A DNA stretch of 62,625 nt, counting the filler, from Sphacelaria rigidula (Eukaryota), in the NCBI GenBank assembly GCA_964200075.2. It is 9 parts of 9 records of this genome, joined end to end, with 100 filler letters (N's around TTAATTAATTAA, not from the genome) between each part and the next. Parts side by side here need not be neighbours in the genome. Positions count along the whole stretch, not along the records: positions 1 to 6,870 come from CAXNAA020017661.1; positions 6,971 to 13,840 come from CAXNAA020017662.1; 7 more parts are not named here. One strand, 5' to 3'. Shown piece after piece: positions 1 through 10,710 of this stretch; positions within the stretch are counted from its first letter, which is position 1; the number at the start of each line of letters is the position of its first letter. Below the pieces are notes generated by a model. The model was not told the DNA's origin and did not search any database. It worked only from the letters and a program-made list of their open reading frames with translations. The position numbers and the translations under genes were made by a program.

Positions 1-66
1 GAGCGTGACCTAGGTTCGACTGTCCGAGAACTCATTTCAATAGCTCCTGGAGCCGCCGACCCTTTC

Positions 67-1766
67 GTGCGCTATACGCGTCACCCTAGGCGGGCTCCTC
101 CAGATGATCATGTAGATAACCCTGATGTAGCAAGCGCACGTGAACTCCAAGGAAGAGATTGCGTGTTGGCTCAGACAGATGAAAACCTTAAAATGGAACA
201 GGCCGGTAATCCCCAGATTTCGAACAAATCGTTACTGCTCCCTGACCACCACCCCTCGTGCACTGTGTTAGAACTCATTTCCGATGAAGCGTTGCCGTCT
301 GTAGGGAAACAGACTTCGCCGACTCATGGACGCTCGCATCCTAGTCATGAAGGCACCTCGATCGTGTGTTCGTCACCAGGCAAACAAAGTGTTACGCAAG
401 ACAACTCGTGTCCTAACTCGTCCACGTCGACCCCTTTAATAGACGCCGGGTTGAACACCACAGCTCTACCAACCCCGCGTCCTGACGAATCGTCTCCAAA
501 ACCTCCCATGTTGACCTTAGCTAGTCATGGTATTGAGATGATTGGCGTATCAAACTCAACACCGCGCCCCGATGAATCGTCTCCTGTTCCGACCAAGCTG
601 GATAATGTAATTGATCCCCCTGTGCACAATGACGATTCGCCCCCTCTGTTGGCCAAGAAGGGTGAAACACCACGCACAGATCAGTTGTCGGGTCCAATCA
701 CGACAAGTGCCCTTCCCCGACATCGCCCCTCCGTTGCAGTATATGAGATTCAATCCTCGACTGATGAGACAAATATTCCAGGTACAAACACTGACACTCT
801 ATGCACGCACCATCCTTCCGACCAAAAGCTTGTCCCACAGGATCATCAACGGGTGTATTTCAGCACCTTCGTTCAAAACGCAAAGCAGGACGTGTTAGAT
901 GTCTTACCCGAATTCGGGCCCGATCTCGTCAGTGGTACTGCAACTATGGATGCTTCGTTTACGACCAAGATATGTCTACATAGTGGAGCGCGGGCAAACT
1001 GTCATTTGATAGCTCTTGCACTACCAGACTTTGGTTCGCCTCAAACGTTCATTACAGTCAGCTGCTGGCAACAGATGATCAACGCGGGTGCGGCGGAAGA
1101 GCATTGTCTGTCCACCGTGCATCCTTGTGGTTTTGGTGGGTTTGGTTCCTCCACATCTCTTACGGTCAATCAATCGGTGACACTAAGTGTACAATTCTAC
1201 CAGGATACTACTCCCACTGCTCGATTGTTCGCATGGGCACTAATAGTGCCCGACGGTTCCATGTCTTTTGACGTTTTGTTGGGTGGAGATAGTTGGCTTT
1301 GTTTTTCCACACACACGTACACGACGGGCACACCTGTCCCGAACCGTCCAGTCACAGGTGAACTGTCACTGGGTCACGTCGATACTGATTCGGGAGCTCA
1401 TGCTTATGAGGACGACCCCACGCAAACAGGTAATGATTTCCTCTGTACTATGTTGGTAAACCTGTGGTCTCGCTTTCTCGTGAACCCCGACTCATCCAAG
1501 TGAACCTCGTGAGACGTAATGGATCGCCCGCCCTCACAGGACATTATTTGGTCGAACTGCTCAAACCTGACCAAGCACAGGTTGGTCCGTTTGAACAGAC
1601 CGAAGTCCTTGTCCACGAAGGTAGGCAGCCCATTAACCTCACGTTCCCTGCATATTTCGATATACTCAATGGTCAGTTGTTGGGTTATGCTCAAGCGCCT
1701 CTCATACGAATCGCCCTGTCAGATGTGTGCCCCCCTGCGGACAACAACTCGCTGACCAACCCCTGA
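67..1766 (+). pseudogene. Retrotransposon polyprotein N-terminal part: Pro/Ser/Thr-rich region plus retropepsin-like protease
   Basis: ALPDFGSPQTFI (decayed D-T/S-G active site, Asp codon 1027-1029) and FDVLLGGDSW (LLGxD motif). Frameshift near 1440-1465 and stop at 1764-1766. Confidence 0.7.
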
Positions 1767-2039
1767 AATCCACGGGCCCCCCTCCGCTACACCTTCTTGA
1801 ACCCATGGTGGTGACAAATCCACTAGATGCACCTGACCCTCAACCCCCAACTGCATTACTGGATAGATTTTCTCCAGAACAACGCGCCAGTTTTCGAAAA
1901 TTGTGGGATGACATTCCCCCTCACTTACGGCATATTGCTTTTGATCTTTCTGGCGATGGTTGGACACCCACTGTAATCGATAGATTGAGATCCATCTTGA
2001 TTAGATATTCTGAACGGTTTTCTACTGCACCCTTGGATT

Positions 2040-2861
2040 TAGGTCGATGTACCACGACACTGTTTAAGATCAAGATTCCTGATGGCACTCCGCCTATCGC
2101 TATGCGTCCGTACCGCACGAATCCCCTCTTAGAGGATAAGATCCAGGTAAATTTCGATGGTTACTTATCCGCCAGTTTAATTCTGCACTCGGCGTCTCCG
2201 TGGGTCAAGCCTTTAGTAACTGAGGAATGGCAAACTTAGACTGACGGTCAATAATCAACGATTGAACGCTGTCACCAAAATCGCCCGGCTGCCACTGCCA
2301 CGGATTGATGAAATTATTGACTCTCTTGGCGGGGGTAAAGTATTTTCGAACTTTGACATGCAGTCCGGCTACCACCAGCTCGTGATGGATCCATATTCCA
2401 TTGAACTGACAGCGTTTTGCACGCCATCAGGTTTATACGAGTGGCTGATTACACCACAAGGTGCCGCCGGAGCTCCAGGTGCATTTCAACGTGTAATGTT
2501 CCGTGTAACTGATGGATTGCCCGAATTCCATATGTACCTCGATGATGCAGTGTGCCACGACTCCACACCGGCTGAACACTTCGAACAGTTGGCATCATTC
2601 TTTAATCGGTTAGAACAACACAAATTGAAACTCGCCCTCTCCAAATCCCGCATTGGTGCCGCGAAGATTGAGTTCTTGGGTCATCGCATCAGCCCCGAAG
2701 GTCGTAGCCCAAACCTCGACAGGGTCGCCGCACTCTCCGATATGCCCATGCCACGGGACATTTCTCAACTGCGTTCGTTGTTGGGAGGTTCCAGCTACTA
2801 CAGACTAAACTTGCCAAACCTTGCCCAAACGCTAAAACCCCTCACCACCCTCCTCAAATAA
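2040..2861 (+). pseudogene. Reverse transcriptase domain (gypsy type), frameshifted
   Basis: PIAMRPYR, SASPW..PLV, GKLRLTVNNQRLN, PLPRIDEIIDSLGGGKVFSNFDMQSGYHQ, TAFCTPSGLYEW...PQG, YLDD (2535-2546), IEFLGH, QLRSLLG. Frameshift at ~2220. Confidence 0.95.
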
Positions 2862-2864
2862 GGG

Positions 2865-3350
2865 GTGAAATTTGTGTTCACATTGGAAATGGAAAAAACC
2901 GTGCGCCGTCTTCTTGACACCCTTTCGCGCCCGCCGATTCTTGTCTTCCCCGACTGGTCGGCCGCGGAGCAGGGTTCCCGCCGTTTCCGGCTCCACACAG
3001 ATTCTTCCAAAATTGGGTTTGGCTGCACATCAGAACAGGAGCAAGTTGATGCTACTGTTCGTCCCGTTGTCTATCTGAGTCGCACCACTTTTCCGAATGA
3101 ACAGAATTGGTCTGTCATGGAACAAGAGGCCGGCGCAGTTGTTTTGGGCGTGCGACGTCTGCGTCAGTAATCGTATGACATCCCGTTTGTGATTTATACC
3201 AATCATAAGTCTTTGGAAAGCCTTGCCAAAATGGCGGAACACAACGCTATGGTCCAACGCTGGTTCGAAATCCTGTCGTCTCACAACTTTCAACTGAAGT
3301 ACCGCACAGGTCCCCAGAATGCAAACGCCGACTTTCAGTCACGCTTGCCC
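2865..3350 (+). pseudogene. RNase H domain (Ty3/gypsy)
   Basis: FRLHTDSSKIGFG, RPVVYLSR, EQNWSVMEQEAGAVV, IYTNHKSL, QRWFEILSSHNFQLKYRTGPQNANADFQSR. In-frame stop at 3168-3170. Confidence 0.92.
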
Positions 3351-4379
3351 ACACCAGCTCAACCTATCGATGAATCCCCCATGGGACGTATCACCGATCC
3401 TACCGAAGACATTGTATATTTCATAAGCAGGAATGGACATAGAGGTCTCTACACACCACTTTCACTGAGAGAAACGCCGGCTTTAGGCATGGGTGGGCTG
3501 ACGACCACAGCCCACGCGTCAGTCCTAGGCAGCTTGCAACCTCGATCGTTGTACTCAGTTTGGAGTGGACTGTCTACGAATACTGTTGGCTATAATCGTT
3601 TTCGTGCAACTGGCCGGCGCATGGTTTTTGCAGCAGGTGTAGAACCGTCCTTTGTTGACTCGGTCTTACCAGTTCAAGTTCGAGATTTGATTTCGAGTAG
3701 GACTCGTGGACGGCGAACCGCCGAAACGGCCACCAAATTAGCCGTATTTGGTCCTGATCTTCCCCTCCCTGCCCCCACCCCGGTCCCCGATAGTTTGCTT
3801 GCGCCCCCGCAGCCTCCGCGACGCACGGCCCCCGAAACATCGACCCCGACCGTGCCGCCCCTGCCAACCATAGCCGAAACCACGGGTGTGCCCCCCTCCC
3901 TTGGTGATGATATTGCAAACACCACCACAACACCCTCCACGCTAATCGACGCAGGAGTAGACGTTAACGTTCCATCGGAGAGTACACCAACTGGTAGGCT
4001 CACCCTTGATTCCGAAATCACTGCTTCGTGCCAACCCCGCCCCGAACTGACCCAACACGAAGTCGACGCTTCAACAGATGTTGTATTCAAGGGAAGTTTG
4101 ACTCTCTTTTCCCACGCCGATTGGGCCCGGGAACAACAGGCAGAACCTGCTTGTAAATAAGCTATCCATTATCTATCCAAAGGTTGCCCATGTCCATTCC
4201 CAGAAACCGAATTCTTTTTGCCAGTCGGGAATCTCAAAGCGCCCACACAGGATGAAGTTACTGATCTTTCAAGGAAAGGAATGCTACATACCGATGATGA
4301 TAGTATAGTTCTGTTAGTTCGCCGGCCCGCAGCAGCCCTTCCCAGGGGGATGTCTACAAGTCGACATGCCCGCTTGCTA

Positions 4380-5470
4380 GGTGATGAACCCATCCGCATC
4401 TATGTCCCGATGCTCCTGCGCCCATGGGTTCTACACGAATGCCATTCACAGGCATCGACTCATTTAGGCCCCATTAGGACCTCCCAGATGTTGGAACGTT
4501 TTTATTGGTGAATTTGTAGGGATCAGTGTTGTCGTTGGTGGGTGAGGCGTTGTCTTTTGTGTCAGGCGCAAAACACTGTTCGTCAAACAGTTGGTTGGCC
4601 GGTTGTTTCCATGCCACTCCCAAACGGGCCTGGTGAAGTAGTTCCGTGGGACTATTTTGGTCCTTTGCCCCTCACGGATAGTGGTAATAAGCATATTTTG
4701 TTGTTTACGGATAGATTCAGTCGACATGCGGTGATGTACGCCGTCCTCCCCAGTGGTTATACCGCGGAAGGTACCGCCAACATTCTTGTCTACATGTACA
4801 TCCTACAGTGGGGTGTGCCCAAACACTTACTGTCTGACAACGGCCCGCATTTTTCAGACAAACTTTCTGCCGCCGTCAGTGAACTTTTGGGTGTCCATCG
4901 AATTTTTACTAGTTCATATCACCCTTCCACCAACGGTGACCAACGGTGGAACGGGACGAGTGAACCATACGGTGGCACAGATGCTTGCTGCTGTAGCAAA
5001 TGAGAGACAGATGGACTGGGACCTGCACCAGCCCCTTGCCCAAACGAACTACAACAATTCAGTCAATGCCGCTACGGGATTGTCGCCGAATGAAATTCAT
5101 ATTGGACGCATGCCTAGTTTACCTTTAACGGTATTCGAACGCAGAAATACAGGCGGACATCAGAGTCTGGATCGTGATGTTGTAGAGTATCATTTGTCGG
5201 TTAGCAATTGTCTTCGTCGCGCATACGAAGTGGTACGAGAACAGAACCAAATCAATTTGGCCAAGGTGACCAGGGCGAACTCGATGTTGGATGATGTGGT
5301 ACATAACTGCCCGGTGTAGTAGGCCAATGGGCATGGGTGTATAACGATGTGAAGACCATCAATCAAGGGGCTAGGTCGAAATCATCTTTGGACAAAGTGT
5401 TGAAGGCGAAACTATCCCTGAATTGGACTGGTCCTCGGGAAATTTTAGCTGCTGGTCCAAGCGCTACCGC
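4380..5470 (+). pseudogene. Integrase (HHCC zinc finger, DDE core, GPY/F-like motif)
   Basis: HECH..THLG..RFYW*..CLLCQ; WDYFGPLP, FTDRFSR, GVPKHLLSDNGPHF, TSSYHPSTNG/GTGRVNHT; LNWTGP. Stops at 4509 and 5317, frameshift at 4929-4948. Confidence 0.92.
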
Positions 5471-5709
5471 ACCCGACAAGAGTTCGGTGGGAGCAAAACG
5501 CTTGTATTTGGATTTTCCCACGGATGAACCTGGATTGAAACCGAAAACTCGCGTCTCGATGCTACGATGCACACCATGTATACCCCCTCATGACTCCTCT
5601 GACATGCCCAAACAACTGCTGCTAGGGCTTAGCCAGTATGTGTTGACCAAGTACGCGATCAAAACTCCGCCGTATCATATGACGGTCGAGGATGCGGACG
5701 CACCCCTGG

Positions 5710-5870
5710 AACGCGTTGAGGTATATAGGATTTCGGGCCACCAACTGGTTCGCGGTCGTGGAGGTAAGATAGGGGTAATGTATCAAACACATTGAAAAGG
5801 TATCATGCGTGTTACATGGGAGCGTGATGTTAATTTGCGTTATTTTCGTCGAGAGATATTGCTGTACTGG
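5710..5870 (+). pseudogene. C-terminal chromodomain-like region of integrase
   Basis: EVYRISGHQ...VMYQTH*KGIMRVTWERDVNL resembles the chromodomain consensus VEkI..H...Y.V.WkG....TWE...NL, with TGA at 5793-5795 in place of Trp. Confidence 0.7.
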
Positions 5871-6870
5871 GTAGGAGATACCGCCCACCACCGCCCGTTG
5901 AATAAGAGATATCGGTCGATGCGCAATCGCAAAAATCTGTGGAGCCCATCCTTGGGTTATGCGGAGGCAGATAGTTCGCGAAAAAATGAAAAACATATCG
6001 TAGTGCCGTTTGTCTGGGGTCCCAGAATGGAGACTACTTCGAAAAACGACTTCGATCCCGTCGGACCCCCGAAAAACGGTGAAAAACTCAACAAGTAAAA
6101 AACATCACCGGAGAAAGTTGCGTAATGATACATAGCATATTCATGCAAAGTTTCAGGATCGAACTCCTAATGACGGCGTGAAAGTTTGCGTGTTTGTGGA
6201 GGACGTGGGCTTGAAACGTGCAACTCCTAACTACATGGTTTTAGTATGGAAACGTCTTTTGGGGTGAAATTGACGTCAAGGCAAGAAAAACCGTATGAGG
6301 TTTTCGAGGTTCTCCACCAAACGTTGTACACATGTTCCTTTGGACTCTCCCAGGACGCATCATTTCATTGTTTTTCTTTTCGGGCATTCAGTACCGCCTT
6401 CCGGAGGTCTTCATGCTGGGACCCCCGGAAGCCGGTAGAGAATGGAGACACCATGATATATTGTCAAGAATACAATTTTTCCATTTTGAGCATCAATACC
6501 CATAGAACTGCCGAGTTTGAGGGCGAACTGAGCTTTTCTACAACAACAGATGTAGAGGACACCGTCACGAGGCTCCCTGGGTCTTTCGTGCGTATCACTA
6601 GTGGAAATTTGACGACGCCAACACCCGACATCACCGAAACATCACGGTTTCAGGTATAATTCGATGCCCGTAGTGACCGTTTTTAATATATGATTTTCTC
6701 GTTAGATTCCCGGGTCGATGACGGTTACTGCGATTTGAAGCATGTAGAATTGGGTGAAAATTGCGCTTGGTATCCGTAATTTCGATCTCGGAACAGCGTG
6801 AAGGGCGCTGATTGGCTGAGACACATTTTCGTCCATAGCGTCACCGCTACGGCCTTGAACAAAAGCCCGG

Positions 6871-6970
6871 NNNNNNNNNNNNNNNNNNNNNNNNNNNNNN
6901 NNNNNNNNNNNNNNTTAATTAATTAANNNNNNNNNNNNNNNNNNNNNNNNNNNNNNNNNNNNNNNNNNNN
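6871..6970. other. Artificial contig linker N44-TTAATTAATTAA-N44 (also 13841-13940, 20811-20910, 27781-27880, 34750-34849, 41719-41818, 48688-48787, 55657-55756)
   Basis: Identical 100-bp spacer with stops in all six frames occurs eight times. Intervening contigs are 6870 or 6869 bp. Confidence 0.99.
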
Positions 6971-7146
6971 TTTCGCTCTGTGTTACTCTTTCGTATCTTC
7001 CCTGCAATAGAAAAATACGACTTCAGCCCCCATTTTAGTGTTGAACCCCAAAATTAAAAATCGGCTGTTTTATGTTTTGATGGAACCTATATCCATACTT
7101 GCAGAGGGTATATATCTGTTCTCATACCTGCAAAGGGGTATATCTG

Positions 7147-7717
7147 CAAGGGTATACCCTGACCCCAGGTAAGGGTACAGGAAGCATACAGAGCTTACAG
7201 AACTGTCGAGTACCGGTATGGAGGTCTCACAGAGTTTACAGAACTGTCGCGTACCGGTATGAAAGTCTTACAGACTTTACAGAACTTGTCGGGTACGGTA
7301 CGGGAGGCTTATAGAGAACTGGTACCGGCAGTCGGGTAACTCTTTTTGGGTATACCTGCCCCTCGGGTTCGGGTAAATGTTATGTACAGAACTTACAGAA
7401 CTGTCGGGTTCCAGTATGAAAGTCTTACAGAGACAAAAGAACTCGTCGGGTACGGTATGGGAGGCTTACAGAGAACCAGTATCGGCAATCGGGTAACTCT
7501 TTTCGGGTATACCCGCCCTTCGGGTTCGGGTAAATGTATTGTACAGAACTTACAGAACTATCTGGTAAGGGAATGAAAGTCTTACAGAGACTACAGAACT
7601 GTCGGGTACCGGTATGAAAATCTTACAAACGTCACAGAACTGTCGGGTACGGTACATACATACCCGGAAAAATACCCCGTGTATATAGAAAACCGTACCT
7701 TACAGAACACAACCTTG
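7147..7717. mobile_element. Non-autonomous DNA-transposon-like element built from tandem ~32-41-bp ACAGAACTTACAGAACTGTCGGGTACCGGTATGAAAGTCTT repeats; degenerate relatives at ~11920-12440, ~12770-12920, ~13370-13430
   Basis: Internal tandem repeats visible. Short inverted ends CAAGG...CCTTG. No TSD found. Confidence 0.55.
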
Positions 7718-9097
7718 GAAGCTTGGATGCAATCCATTGCGTGAAAAAAACGGTGCTACCCTTGTCTGTATTTGCTTGTTGTCTCCTTGTGGATACAACA
7801 CGAGAGTGACCGTGGTCAGCCCGCGCTGCTGAGCTGAGTAAACAAACAACGTACACAGAGGTCTGAACCTGGAATCAATCGTGGTGAACACCATATACAC
7901 CCTTCTCAAGGTGCCTCACCCTTATCACATCACACCAGCATTCTCTGCGGATAGCGTATTTTCGGGGGTTGTCGCATCACATTTTCCATGAGCACTCGAA
8001 AGTGCTAGCGTCGATAGTTTTGGTAAAATAAGCAAACCGTGCTCAAATCACAATTGCCCAATTTGGTGTTGTGGGGGCGATACCGGGCAAATACCCCGTT
8101 TATCAGGAGGGTGTTTTTGACCGTAAATGATCCAAGAAACATAGTTTTCCGGCTTTAGCGCAGTGACTAGGTGGACTTTCAAAAAAACAATCCTCTTTGA
8201 GTGTTTACTTATATGATCGGGATCGAGTCGGTCCACCGAAAATACCGAAAAGCTAGAGCCTGGGGTCGCATTTCCGCAGGACCCTCGATGATCGGTCAAG
8301 CCCGTAAGTCACTCAGTACTGATCGCGGATATTTCTCTTTCACTATTTATCAAGAGGGTTGAAATATCTCTGACTACCCATTTTTTGGCATCCAACAGTC
8401 ACTGCGATGAACAGTGGCAATCAGAACAAATTTGGACATTGTTGATAGCACCGCGACTAGTTTAGGCGCCGTGCTCGTCCTTTGAGGATTTTTTTTTCTA
8501 CAGGAAGTCGGAAACGGCACGACACGGGCGTAATTCGTGCGCAAAAAACATGGCACGGGCGCGTTTCATCTCGTCTTCCACCGGCGGGGTACTGTCATCG
8601 ATTTTCAGAGCTCACGTCACATTAGTTCCATTCTTTCACTACATGAGTTTTTATCTCCGACCCGTGGTCACGGAGTGCAAGGAACTCACCGCCGATGGCC
8701 GTAAAACCAAGAGTCAACAGAGGATGTCTTTGCACAAAAGACTGTACACGAAAATAATCACCCCGCCAAAACCGATCGAGCAACGAGGAACACACTGCAA
8801 GCCAGAAAATTACCGGCGTGCGATCTAGACGACCAAATTACCACCCCCTGCTGCATGTACATGTAATACCAGCAAACGCAGGAATCGACATGTCGGAGGC
8901 AGCGAGAACCACCCCGAGAAAGACTTGATAATATTGAAAAATATCCCAGGTTCATGGAAATTAGGTGATGGCTTCATCGATAAAACATCAACTGACTTGG
9001 CTCAGCATCAACATCAAGTGAGTTGATCACCCTAATATTAGTTCGGTGTAATTACCCAGAGCTAACCCAACTTCGAGAACCTCAAATCTACCTGCCC

Positions 9098-9400
9098 TTT
9101 TGTTTTCCCCCTCACACTTTCAACCCCCCCCCTCCTCGGAACGAGTCCGTGGTCTCGAGGGATCAACCCACCTCTCCCCCGGTACGCGCCTTTCGTTTCG
9201 CTCTTGCGGATTGGGTCAGCACTTCCGCAACGCGTAAACCACGTCACACAAGCTCAGCCGACTATTATTGTTTACCGACGTACTCACGTTTTCCACGGTG
9301 GAAATCGTACATAACGAAGAAAAAATCCAACCAATCAGGAATCGAGCCCTCGTTCTCTCCGCCCCAATGGCAACAGTCGGATCAATACACCAACGGGGCG
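9098..9400 (-). mobile_element. tRNA-derived SINE family B
   Basis: Minus-strand head CGCCCCGTTGGTGTATTG (A box)...GGCTCGATTCC (B box). Body shared with 27235-27460, 58080-58448, 60825-61157 and 16325-16436. Confidence 0.75.
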
Positions 9401-9945
9401 CCAGAAGCAGGTATTGCCGTGATGTGTCGGGAGGAGTTTAGAACGAAGGCAATATAAAACTAAGGACACACCTAATGCCTCCCAATCCTGGCCCCCGAAA
9501 GGTACTGGGAAAAAGAAGTTGGTTTGACGACGTTACTGTAAGACTACACAACGCCAAAAGAACCGGAGCCCAAAACGAGAAGAAACGACGCCGCTAAAAA
9601 GTCACAGAGACTGACGGAAGCTGACGTGGATGATGTCGGATCTAACGAAGTTCATCACCTCTCGAGTGTAGACATCTGGTTTTGGAACGCAGCACGGTAT
9701 CAAGAAGGTAGACAAGGGGAAGGTGAAGGAACGAAGAGACGTGAACAAGCGTGCAGACTGAAGCATGCGGGCTGAAGATTGCACTGAGGCATGTTGGAAG
9801 TAATAAAGAAAGAAAAGCCCGGTACCGACGAGAGCAAACATTGAAGGTGTCAGAGGGCAGAATGAAAATAAGACTACACATAGTTGAGAGGGAGTTGAAC
9901 AGGGACAAGGAATGGCCACTTGTGGTACTTACCGTCAGCGGCGGT

Positions 9946-10710
9946 TTAGCTTCCAGCTCCGTTCCTGGTGGCCGTGGGCCAGATACCTTGTCGGTTCGTA
10001 CTATTTTTCTTCTTTTCGAGGGGAGGGGAGATCTTAGTTGGTGGCGTGACGGGTTGGTTTCCGGGAGGGGACAGGGAGTTATCACTGACCCGCGGTGCTT
10101 TGCGCGGTGTCCAATCGTCGTTTCTTGACGCATATGACGTTTTCTCCTTCAACAAGTGCCGTTGGAAATCACACAGGAGGAGCGTGGCACGCGTGTCGTA
10201 GAAACAGAGATCACACCTTGTGAAAGCTGGTTCGCCAGCCCCCGCCAAGAGATCAGAGAGTGTTTTTCGGGACAGGGTTGCTGTACACTCGTAACACGGA
10301 TGAGCGCACTCCTCGGCCACTTTCACGAGGGTTTTTACGCACGCGCGGCCGTCCGCGTGGGCGTATACCCTGTCTTTACCGCCGGTAGGATCGGACATGC
10401 GGTGGTACGGGGTGCTGACCCCGATCTCGCCGCCACACGCTAAACAGAGGAAGGGCAGCTGTTTTCTGGAGCCCTTCGGGACTGGTTTTGCATCCTGCGA
10501 GATAGAGATGTGGGTGTTGCAGGTGGAGCACCTGTCAATGCCGAACGAGTTGGGAGGAGGGCGAAGCGACGGTTGCGGAAAGTTCAGCGAGAAAATAGTA
10601 CGGAAGGAAAGATAGTTGTACTGTAAGCGAATGCGCGACGAACGGGTGTTGAAAGCAACGATGTCAAGTAAGTTGAAAAGGGAGGAAGTGGGATGAGAAG
10701 TTGCCTTCGG
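9946..10710 (-). CDS. Stop-free Cys-rich reading frame (254 codons) with four CxxC motifs; possible zinc-finger protein exon or TE ORF
   Basis: Frame of listed ORF 9946..10398 stays open upstream to TAA at 10711-10713. Motifs CSTC, CLAC...H.....C, CYEC, CDLC. Confidence 0.35.
   Translation of the reverse strand, partial: PKATSHPTSSLFNLLDIVAFNTRSSRIRLQYNYLSFRTIFSLNFPQPSLRPPPNSFGIDRCSTCNTHISISQDAKPVPKGSRKQLPFLCLACGGEIGVSTPYHRMSDPTGGKDRVYAHADGRACVKTLVKVAEECAHPCYECTATLSRKTLSDLLAGAGEPAFTRCDLCFYDTRATLLLCDFQRHLLKEKTSYASRNDDWTPRKAPRVSDNSLSPPGNQPVTPPTKISPPLEKKKNSTNRQGIWPTATRNGAGS

Larger units (their letters stand above)
1..5930 (+). mobile_element. Degenerate Ty3/gypsy (chromodomain-bearing) LTR retrotransposon, internal pol region; no LTR in contig
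   Basis: Domain order PR-RT-RNaseH-IN-chromodomain across consecutive + strand ORFs, broken by stops and frameshifts. Sequence switches to an unrelated repeat after ~5930. Confidence 0.95.

Noticed and set aside
2859..5795. Methylation/RIP-like mutation signature in gypsy stops
   Set aside because: Only two clear TGG>TGA cases, which is too few without a consensus.
6915..6926. Periodic TTAATTAATTAA motif every ~6.97 kb
   Set aside because: Artificial six-frame-stop linker inside N runs.
7147..7717. CRISPR-like regular repeats
   Set aside because: Contiguous degenerate tandem units without spacers.
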